Source of the DNA: Mizuhopecten yessoensis
Taxonomy: Eukaryota
Assembly (NCBI RefSeq): GCF_002113885.1
Contig: NW_018405055.1
Coordinates: forward strand, 698,905 to 762,904
Reading direction: 5' to 3'
Length of the DNA stretch: 64,000 nucleotides
In this document: piece by piece, positions 28,748-39,380 of the stretch
Layout of the letters: the number at the start of each line of letters is the position of its first letter
How positions within the stretch are numbered: position 1 is the first letter of the stretch
Position numbers and translations under genes: made by a program
Notes under the pieces: model-generated
Databases searched by the model: none
What the model was told of the DNA's origin: nothing
Seen by the model: only the letters and a program-made list of their open reading frames with translations

Positions 28748-29547
28748 TTTGCTCACCTTGTAAAAACGACCGGTGAGTGAGCTTATACCGTGGCACAGGG
28801 TCTGTCAGTCCTAAGGTGTTTTTTTATGAAAATCATTTCTTGTTGAAAACCAAAAGGTCTAAACTCATATTATTTGCCCAGTAGGCACTCCAGGTATATG
28901 ACTAAAAAGTTTACTCATATAAACGACCTTGACATACTGACAAGAGCAGAGGGATCAAATATGTTAAAGATTCGACACATTTAAAGGACCTATTGTTATA
29001 GAGTTCAGATACTTGGGAATGTTTTGAAGACCAGCAGTGCAAATTATTTCCAATATGTTGTGTGGTGATCAAATGTCGAATTAAATAACTGCTGTGGTCA
29101 AGGGTAAGCATTGGGTAAGGGTTGTGATACATTGTCATAAGGTACCTAAGTTTCTTCATTTGGAAATAACTTGAGAACGGAAGAGATCCCCATTCTATTA
29201 CCATATATTTGCTTGTGTGAAATAAAGGGACAGGCACAGCCATGCTTCTTGGATATGCCCTGGAGGGAAATAATTGTGTGTGTAAAAGGAGAATGAACTT
29301 CTCCTTGGGACTAAGCCCAAAAGGGGGTAATTTGGGCATTTACATTTAGCCTACTCCTCCAGAACAGATGATCATATTTCAACCACATTTGCTATCAAAC
29401 ACACTTGGGATCAAGGAATTTGATATGATATTATAGAAGGATGTTGTCTTCCTGGGTGCTGAGAAGCAGAGTACAAAATCGAGAAGGAATTATGATGTTC
29501 TTTTTCCAATATCTAAGTGAGAGTCCAGATTCTCAGGTCGTCTTGTT
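28748..29547 (+). mobile_element. Decayed HINE-like element just downstream of the WDR5 stop (probably in the 3' UTR)
   Basis: TTT-GCTCACC...GTGAGCTTATACCGTGG at the 5' end (like the 56974-58174 family), decayed internal repeats, CTTGTT terminus. Confidence 0.5.
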
Positions 29548-32084
29548 ACTTTTTTTCTCTATAAATGGATATATCTTTTGACTAATATCTAATCTATGTT
29601 ATTTTCATATGAAAAAAATACCAGGTAGTTAAATTCAACTCTTTTTATAATTGAAAACTAGTTACTTTTTCTTTGTACATGGCTTTTTGCAATGTAGGGT
29701 TGTTTTATGTGTACAGAAATAGTTTTATAGTTTTATACAAACCATTTAGTTACAGTTATAATCTGTAACGTGAAAAGTCTTATTCAAGAAAATCTCCCTC
29801 ACAATACAATATACAGTACTAAAACCCCTCAAAACTATCTTAATGTATATATGAATAAGTCGATATAATGCATTCTTACAGATACCTGTGCACATTTGCA
29901 TTTTTTGGTACAATATGGAAGGTGAAAGTTGTTTCACTGAAAGCAAATCCTGCGTACATTTTACCAACATAGTAATATTCATATTTTGATGCCCTCTTTG
30001 TTACTTTCCGTTTTACTGCCGACATTAATAAAAGAATATCTCTTTCTCAATGCACAAGAGAAAAATTAATTGCTAGGGATATAGATACATATAAATCATA
30101 ACTCCAAAACCAGTGCAAGGCATGAGGAGTTCAGTTAATTCCCACAAAATTTAAGGTGTTAACAGTAATTCTATTAGAAAATTGCTGAAACCAATACCTA
30201 AAGTTCCAATGGTCGTTTTGTCAATGTAAACACATATGGTCTTGTTTTACACTCAAACAAGTTTAAATAGTCTAATTGTTTCTATTTAGCTGAATAGGTG
30301 TCTCCATTTGTATTGCAAAGAGAAAATCTTATTGTTCTGTTTTACTGCCAACACTATGGTTAGATGCTACATTCTTCATCACTAGTCATAAACAATTATT
30401 TGATCGACAATATATTCTTAACACTTCTCTGTGATGTCAAAAATTTGCCCATTTTCTATTTTTAAAATAAACACAGGTGTATGTGATAACCAGAAAGTGG
30501 GAATGATTATATTGTATTATTTGTTAATAAGGCAGATTTATTACAGTTTATGAGAGTACAACAGAAAACCATTGACCGTATTGTTTATGAGGCTTAACGT
30601 TTTGGACACTCTTAAGAGTTAACCATACATTTATTTCAGACATTAGCTTTGGACATCACTCATTTCAAATCTTGTTGTATTGTTAATCTGATCCCTGTTT
30701 AACAAACAAAATTTCTGACTGGATGGATTCAAATTTTCTCAGTTTATGTCCAATGCATGTACACGTATATTGATATCCTTTTATACCCAAACTATTGATA
30801 CAGGATGCAAAGATTATGGTAATAACAAACAAAAATTAAGAATTGATTGTGTAAAGTTCTGTTTTGTTTCTGATAGTGGGCCAGATCAGATACATGCTGC
30901 ACTTCATTCTAGATATTTTGTTGCAGAATTTTCAATTAACACATGTAATTGGGCAGCTGAGGGAAAGATAGTACTTTTCCCAAACATTGTAATAATAATG
31001 CTGTTCAAATGATACTTGTTGTGTCTATGTTTGTGTTCATTTCGCTGTTTTGTTAATTAAAACAAGTTGTATACATGACGTGTGTATGTATAAAAATGTA
31101 TAAAGAATCATTAAAAACAATAAAACCTTAAACTTTGATTACTTGTATTTATCATATGTATGTCTCCAAGGTAAACTAATCAATAGACATTTTTAGCTCA
31201 CCATACCGCAGCGGCTGTCCGTCAAATTTTCCTTTTAAAACGCTACTTGTCCTAAACGGCCCAGTAGATTTTGACTAAATTTAGTCTGGAGCATCCTTAG
31301 GCCAAGGGGCCTTAATTTTGAATAAACATTGCCATGCTTTCAATGTCAAATGTCACCTTTCAAACAAAACTATTTTAAAATCTAGATACAATACTTCAGC
31401 ACGTTATTAAGACCAGCCATGCCATCCTAACGTTTGGTGTCGAGGTCCAACAACTTAGCTGGTTGGGTCAAAACAGGGCTCGGGCTAAACTTATTAAACC
31501 ACTAGGCACTGTGCCTAGTGTCATGAAAAATCCACTCGGCACTCTTGAAATTTTACTGTACAGCTGAGATTATGAAAATTTCAATAAATATTTAATGATC
31601 TGTTGACCTGTTAAGATGATGTTGTTCAATGTCCATGAATGTTTTTATTACTGACTGGAACATTTATCGTAAATACTGTTAGGAAAGTATAGCGGAAAAC
31701 ATAGGGTCACCATTATTTACTAGTAGCTACATTTGGTGGAATGCTATAAAGTTTCCTTACTGATGTAAAAAATAAAATAAAAATTCAAACGACATTAAGT
31801 CCTGATGTCCACAGTTTCTAGGTGTCAATGGTACTATTTAAGGATGTTATACAGACCAGCTATACATTTTTTTCTGGTGTATTTTGATGAGATAAAAGGT
31901 TAAATGTGGAAGTTTGTCAGGGTCAACGTTCGACATGAGGCTATTGTCGGTAAAATGTTGGTTTCTTTTACTTTTTAAGTATTCTTCTGAATAACCATAG
32001 GCCAAGGGTCGGGAGGAACACTTTAAAATTACTCAAATAATGTACTCTCTATAAAGGGGTTGCGAGATTTTTTCACCACCCCCC

Positions 32085-32146
32085 NNNNNNNNNNNNNNNN
32101 NNNNNNNNNNNNNNNNNNNNNNNNNNNNNNNNNNNNNNNNNNNNNN
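32085..32146. other. Assembly gap (62 N)
   Basis: Run of N following a C-run. Confidence 1.
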
Positions 32147-32592
32147 CTTAAATTTAATGACTTTGTTTTACTTTCAAAATCACCGGTGTAAGAAGGGGTT
32201 TTCAAGTTCACATTGTGGAGAGGATGCCACTTAGGCTTTGCATATCACACGGTCTCAGAGATGCTACTTGCGTTGTCCAGTATGTAATATCTGGAGAATT
32301 TCATTGCTGGTGTGTTATTATACATTATCTATAGGATGGTGCACAATATTGTGGAGTATGCCAATATGTATTAAAGGAATTATTTCCTTTAAATGCTTTA
32401 AGATGCTCATCTTTTTTCGGACATTTGTCTGAATACGATCGACCTTCTTGTAACATGGTTTGTCAATTTATTTCGCTGTATCTTTATATGAGTAAAAAAA
32501 TTATATTTCCATATGGTATGCGCATTCTAAAGTTCATCTCATGATTTTCACACATTCTGAAAAATGAAATTCCGCAATAATTGCAACGTTTT

Positions 32593-32855
32593 GGGCCCGT
32601 TTCCATGAAACTGTTCCCATGCTCAAGTACGGATTCTGTGCTCAAACCAGCTTTATTGTTACTTACTTGAATCATGTCAAAAATCAAATATAAACATTAA
32701 AACAGTAGTTTGTTTTAAGTCCCTTAAAATGTTTTTGAAATGATTAACAAAATAAGATTTTTTGAAATTAATTTATAACCGGAACAAGCTTAAAGATTGG
32801 GCTTGAGCACAACATCCAGGCTTGAGCATGAGCACGGTCTCATGAATACTGTCCC
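32593..32855. mobile_element. MITE with ~65-bp imperfect TIRs (PIF/Harbinger-like termini)
   Basis: Left end GGGCCCGTTTCCATGAAACTGTTCCCATGCTCAAGTACGGATTCTGTGCTCAA; reverse complement of right end GGGACAGTATTCATGAGACCGTGCTCATGCTCAAGCCTGGATGTTGTGCTCAA. Confidence 0.7.
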
Positions 32856-33166
32856 ATATTGCTCTTAACAGCGACAAAAAGTGAAGTCTATTTCAATCGT
32901 TGAGACCTCATTTGTCCGTTCAGAATATCAAGTTGTTTCAAACTGACATTCTGATCTAAAACCGACACTTGAAAACTAGTAGACATGCAATCCCGTGTGT
33001 CGACGTTTTAACAAGAAATTTGCAACACCATTTTCACTAAGACAGTATCCGATTAGATAACATGGTTTGCCGTATAAATGGTTGGTACATGAATATTGAA
33101 CTCGCAGGTCTTTGTAATGTACAATTATTTGACACTAGTAATTATCAATAATAATGTGGGTGGTTA

Positions 33167-35397
33167 TTTATTAACCCACCATCATCTGCTGGTGGGCTAT
33201 TCAAATCGCCCTGCGTCCGTGGTCCGTCCGTCCGTCGGTCGTCAGTCGTCCGTCCTTAAACAATTCTTGTTATCGCTATTTCTCAGGAGGTGCCAGAGGG
33301 ATCTTTCTCAAATTTTATATGTATGTTCCCCTTGGTCCCTGGTTGTGCATATTCACTTTTGAGACTGATCAGATAAATAAAAAATAAAATAGCCGACAGT
33401 CAGTCATCTTGGATTTTGACAGTGAATGTTGGTTATCGCTATTTCTCAATAAGTACCTGAGAGATCTTTCTCAAATTTAACATGTAGATTCCCCTTGGTC
33501 TGTCGTTGTACATGTTTAATTTTGAGACTGAACGGATAAACAAAATGGCTGACAGGCAGCCATGTTGAATGTTTACAGTGAAGTGTTTTTTTGTAATAGC
33601 TATTTCTCAATAAGGACTGATGAGATCTTTCTCAAATTTGACATGTAGGTTCCTCTTGGTATGTAGTGATGCATGTTTATGAGACTGATCGGATAATCAA
33701 ATCTTTGATTTTGACAGTTAAGGTTTGTTAGTGCTATTTCCCATGAAGTACTAGAGAGTTCTTTCTCAAATTTTTATATGCAGGTTCCCCACTTTCGTTC
33801 ATGTTTGTTTTTGAAACTGATCAGATAAACAAAATGGCGGACTGGCGGCTATCTTCGATCCTTTTTGAAATTGAAGGTTTGTTAGTGCTATTTCTCAGGA
33901 ATAACTCGAGGGATCTTTCTCAAAGAGCTATTGCGGGTTGCTATACCTATTGCCGCGTCCTCAGGTATTTTTATACAGGTAGCTCTATCGGAATCCCGCG
34001 TCTAAGAATAGATTATTGTAAACAGACGAACTTAAGGCCACACTAATAATACATGCATTTTACGATAAAGACTCAACAAAATGCGTACATACGCACATCT
34101 CGTTTTGGTTCCTCCCGCAGCTTGAAATGGTAAAATAACTTATGATTTTCGAATAGCATGTCTTACACGTGTATTGCGCTCCTTACTTTGTGCTGCAGTC
34201 TTCCTGCATTTAAAACAAATAAGAATGTCTTCGACGATGAATTTCCCCGCATGTTTGGTAATATATTTGCGATAATAACAGTCCTTTTTTCTTGACCTTT
34301 TCTTATTCTGACGGAACAATCCCACATTGCGTTTTAATTATAAATAAAAAAAAACTAGTGCCAATTGGAGGGCAAAACAATTCATAAGTATCGTTAAAAA
34401 TGATGTTCTACCTACAACAGTGATTTGCTGACATGATTCCATAGAAGATAGATCAATAGGTATGCTATTAAAATGTCAATAAAATGTTCCACTAATTTCA
34501 ACAATGTTTTATAACTGAATTATTAAAAAAAAAACCCACCTGAACGTGAATTAGAACTAGCAACGTTTACTTCTTCTGATCAAAAGCTAACTGCGTTACA
34601 CATTAGGCTACATCGGACATAGACGAATATGGAAATACAAACTGTTTTAATTAACCCAAGGAACATCTGTCACAATTTTGGGAAACTCGATCAATCCTGT
34701 TTTTCATCATTTTGAGCACTTTCCCAAGGGAGGACCACTTTTCCGTCATACGATTTGTTTTGCATGTTACATTTATAACGGAATCAAAAACTGTAGTCAA
34801 AAGTTGCTCCTCGGATGGGAAAGTGTGGAAAGTCTGGGAAACCCCGTCACTTTCATCGATATAGTGAATATGGCTCTATTTGCAGTATTATATTAACAAT
34901 ACCGAATATCTCAACAGTTCAAGAATTCATATTCAATTGGTTTGATATATATTCCATGCATTTTCGCTATTAGAATTTATTCATTCATCAACATTTTTTT
35001 CCGTTTTCATAAATGCCGACTTAGGGAAATATTGGCAGTTTTTCGCCATAGCTCTTTGATATGTAGGTTCGCCTTGATCCCTCGTTGTGCATGTTATAAA
35101 TTTGAGACTGATCATAAAAACAGGGCCGAAGGAAGGACTAAACAGATTTTCTCATATTCAGTGATCGGTTCTTTCACATTAAGTACTGTCCCAGTAAATA
35201 TGTGACAAACTCACTTTGAAGGTTGTCTTTTATACACAGCAGTATTAAGTTCAGATCAAAAGTTACCTCAAGGTGCATTTACTGTTAACATGAATCGATC
35301 AAACAGATTAGAGAAAAGAAGAGAAAATATCGAACTGACAAAGAACTAATAAAGATAGTACAATAGTGGGCGCCAAGATCCCCCTTGGATCTCCTGT
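33167..35397 (+). mobile_element. HINE-like element with a ~150-165-bp tandem array, interrupted by a nested TIR element
   Basis: 5' AACCCACCA...TGGTGGG stem, (GTCC)n microsatellite (~33215-33255), repeated GCTATTTCTCA...GATCTTTCTCAAATTT...GAGACTGATC units that resume at 35055, 3' GTGGGCG subTIR, hairpin AGATCC...GGATCT and CCTGT end. Confidence 0.75.
33925..35054. mobile_element. Non-autonomous TIR element inserted in AAA^TTT without TSD (Spy-like)
   Basis: TIR GAGCTATTGCG / CGCCATAGCTC (10 of 11 match). Removing the element restores GATCTTTCTCAAA|TTTGATATGTAGGTTC, matching the sister repeat GATCTTTCTCAAATTTGACATGTAGGTTC at ~33624. Confidence 0.75.
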
Positions 35398-35859
35398 ATC
35401 GTGTGACAGGTATGAACATGTGGGGTAAGTCACTTATACCGTTTACCATAATAAAGAACAGTCTGGCCCATTAGTCCAATACATATATACGATAAATGCT
35501 TCTTCATACATTTACCTCTCAAAATATCTATATCAACGCGACAAAATCAGTCATCATAACAAATACATGATTTATTCGTCCTTGTTAACCTCTTAGAAAT
35601 TAGAAGCCCGTCAGGCCTGTAGCGCTTACATGAGGGTATGAAATGCTTCCGCTAAATTGAGACCATTGTGGCTGTGTCAGATTTCTAATTGACCCAAATA
35701 ACTCGTATAATATAACTGGTAATGGTAATGACAGGATTATGTGTAAGATATATAGTTGAAACTGATGTGTTTGAATTAACAGTTGGTAAAAAAAAGCCTG
35801 AGAAGGAAATGCAATCAGTGGAGATGATATTAGGTATCGATGTTAAAATGCAAGTTGTT

Positions 35860-38030
35860 TATCAAAAAAAACAATTGGTCCTGGTTTAATCCATAGTGAA
35901 ATTTAAAAAAGGAAAAAATGTATTGTTTGAGCCCCATTCATAGTATAGCAGTGTAAAGCAGTACAATGATAGCCGATGTCAAAAAGTGCCACAGATGTAT
36001 TGCATCTAGTTACAGACTGTATTGGCTGTAAAATAAATGGAATGGTATATTTTTTAGATAAAAGAAATCAGAAAAAATACAGAACATCAGTCTGGGTCAG
36101 CTGTAAGTCAATCACTTTAAATAAACAAGGTATCGAGAAAACCAAAACAAAATGACGATGAAGAAATTCTAAATGTCTTCTTTGCTACAGGTGTACAATT
36201 TTGAACAGTGTTTGGCATGAAGGGATATTATACAATTTGACATAAGATGGGATATCCGAAAAGTAATCAAATCTCTTGAAAGTTATTTGAAAAACAGCAA
36301 CAAGTAAAGGGTAGTTTTAGGCGAAAAATATTAAAGATATTACAGCAGGTGTTCCACAAGGATCAACACTGGGACTTTTATTTTGTTCACATATCATACT
36401 GTTATTGATCTGAGATGTAAGATAAAACTGTTTTAATCTTAAATGTGGATAACTCAAATAAAACTATAAGAACAACATAAATGGTACTCTCCAAGGCATG
36501 TTAACATAAAGCATACGTAAGAGTTAGTTTCAAACGTCCATTTATATTAAGAAAATTGAAGGTTTAAAGTTGATAGAATATCTTATATCAATATCAATAT
36601 CAAATCATAATATCAAATAATTGAATATGGGTACAAAAATAATCCACGCGACATATCAGTAAACGGGAGCGATGTGAAGATATAATTTTAATTAAATTGA
36701 TTATTAGCTTATGCCATGGAACGGCGTCTGTCGTCCGTCCGTCGGTGTCGGTCAACTTTTCCTTTTGAACGACTTCTACTGAAGAACGGACAAGCCTAGA
36801 GTCATGATATTTGGGTGATAGCTTCGTTGGTAAGATCCCAACAAAGTTTGAGAACGAAAATGACCTTGACCTACATTCAAGGTCACAGAGCTCTAAAGTG
36901 TCAAATACTTAAAACGACTTCTTCTGAAGAACTGAAAGGTATACAATCTGAATATGTTGCTGGTGGCTTCGTTGGTAAGAGCTCAACAAATTTTGAGAAC
37001 GAAAATGATCTTGACCTACTATCAAGGTCACAGTGGTCAAAAGTGTCAAATACTTAAACGTTTTTTTCTGAAGATCTGAAAGGTATAGAATCTTATTATG
37101 TGGCTGGTATTTTTTTTGGGATAGAGCCCGACATTTTTGAAGAATGAAAATGACCTTGACCTACTTTAAAGGTCACAGGGGTCAAATGTGTAAAACAAAT
37201 TAAACTAAATCTTCTGAAGAACTGAAAGGTATAGAATCTTCATATTTGGCTGGTGGCTTCCTGCGATAGAGCCGGACAAAGTTTGAGAATGAAAATGACC
37301 TTGGCATCTTTCAAGGTCACAGTGGTCAAATATGTCTAACACTTCAAGCGACTTCTTCTGAAGAACTTAAAGGTATATAATCTTCATATTTGTCTGGTGG
37401 CTGCCTGGGATAGAGACCGACAAAGTTTGAGAATAAAAATGACCTTGACCTACTTTCAAGGTTACACGGGTCAAATATATCAATCACTTTAATCGATTTC
37501 TTTAGAAGATCTGAAAGATATAGAATCTTCATATTTGGCTAGTGGCTTCCTGGGATAGAGCCCGACAAAGTTTGCGAATGAAAATGACCTTGACCTACTC
37601 TAAGGGTCATAGGGGTCAAACATGTTAAAAAAATCAAATGACTTCTGAATAATCGAAAGACTGAATCATGATATTTGGCTGGTAGTTTCAACAGACGGAG
37701 TCGACAAAGTATGGGAGTGAAATCTTTGTATTACAGTATAATATTTAATGAGAATATTCTGCTTAAATATTGAGGTGATCAGTACAGGCCCTCTGGGCCT
37801 CTTTTTAAAAGACAGGTACAATTGAATTGAACCCATCTTCAATTAATTTTACCTATCTTCAATTATTTTCAAGATGGGTACAATTAATTAAATATATGTT
37901 AATTTGGCGTTCCATATTGTGAGAAAGTAAAAGTAAACAAGTTACAATTAGAAAAAGCAAAAACTGTTACAAGAGCACTAAACTAGCAGTAGTATTGAAC
38001 CTTTTATCTAGACACTTTGTGGGAAAACAC
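35860..38030 (+). mobile_element. Decayed CR1/L2-type LINE ORF2 (reverse transcriptase) remnant, interrupted by later insertions
   Basis: 36339-36383 translates ITAGVPQGSTLGLLF (RT motif GVPQGSxLGPLLF). Upstream are VWHEGILY (AFDxVWH-like) and IGPGLI (GPDxI-like). Downstream are CKIKLF and, after 37917, LQLEKAKTVT...LWE. Many frameshifts and stops. Confidence 0.7.
36701..37806 (+). mobile_element. HINE-like element with six 145-bp tandem repeats
   Basis: GTCC microsatellite at ~36727-36745. TGA(C/T)CTTG motif at 36861, 37006, 37151, 37296, 37440 and 37585. 3' GAGGTGA, hairpin AGGCCC-TCT-GGGCCT and T-run. Confidence 0.85.
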
Positions 38031-39114
38031 CGGTTCCATAAAATGGTCAACAACATGTCGCGTACCAATCCACACTAGTCCCTTCCTGGACTTCTGAGAC
38101 CAACACATACAAGATCTGACCTGATCGTCCAAATACACACAGATAAAGACTCTTACCCCGATCAGTTCGCTCTTCGAATAAATTACCCGTAAACGTAAGT
38201 CAGTTCAAGAACTAGAAACATATCTCTAGTGGCAATACAACGAACGCTCTAGAATGCAAGCTCTCATAGACGTCAAATACTGCATGCTAGTAGACTACTC
38301 AGATTCAGTTGTATCTTACGAAGTTCAACATTCATTTCATGGACACTCACAACGCTGTTCTTGTGCTTATTCATTTTTCGTTTCGTTTAATTTGTAATTT
38401 AAGAACACTCAAATCATGAGTATATATCAAATATCATTTTAAAATACGACTTACAAAATGATGTATCGACGATAGATGAGGTCCTGTTTGTTTGTTATAT
38501 TTTCTGTTTCTTTTTACTATCAAAATAGCTAAAAGCCGACCTTTTATGTAGAATTATGAAATTTCACAATCCAAGTCTTCCAATTTGTCTCTGCTGTTTT
38601 CCGTCTGTCATCATTGATGTGAGCTTTGCCGTAATGTCTTATAACCACAGATCTTGTAATGTGGTCGATATCGCTTTAACTTTAACTTTAACTTCCTATA
38701 CTCAATGCCGCTAGGAGGTAGATATTGTGTTCCAAACTTTGTCAACAATGTTTATTTCATTATTTTCTGAAGACTATTTTTTCTGTTTTAATATAGAAAT
38801 ACACGAGTGCTTAAATAAAGAAAAGTAATTTCTGTTGGAATTATTTTAGTGCTCAGATTCCCAGCGCTTTGATTTGTCTCTAACAAAGTTCAATTCAGCA
38901 TATTTTTGACGTTGAGTTGCTTGTTCATTTTATATAGAAGTGATTTTTAAAAACAATGTATTTATAATAATTTCCTTTTAAACAAAACTACTTCGCCACC
39001 AGAAATCGATCCCCGGACGTCTTTACCGTTTGTTTGTTTTTACTGGGAATAATTTCAAGACGTTCCAACTTTCTGAAAAGGCAGGCAACATATATAATTG
39101 TATTCACATGAAAA

Positions 39115-39380
39115 AACAAGAGATCCCACATGGATCTTGGTGCCCACCTTTGTACCATCTTCATTAGTTCTTTGTCAGTTCGATCTTTTCTCTTCTTTCC
39201 TCTAATCTGTTTGATCGAGTCATGTTAACAGTAAATGCACATTGATGTAACTTTTGATCTAAACTCAATACTGCTGTGTATGAAAGCCAACCTTCAAAGT
39301 GAGTTTGTCATTTCACATATTTACTAGTACAGTACTTAATGTGAAAGAAATAGAATCGATCATTGCAATATGAGAGACTC
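39115..39380 (-). mobile_element. Isolated 3' end of the 33167-35397 element family, inverted relative to 35143-35397
   Basis: ~250 bp are reverse-complementary to 35143-35397, for example CATGTTAACAGTAAATGCAC versus GTGCATTTACTGTTAACATG. Confidence 0.85.

Noticed and set aside
28911-29339. 142-aa minus-strand ORF
   Set aside because: It lies inside a decayed repeat downstream of WDR5 and has no recognisable domain.
34530-34618. tRNA-like sequence on the minus strand (also a fragment near 38990-39030)
   Set aside because: Boxes and stems are degenerate; treated as TE-borne tRNA-derived relics.
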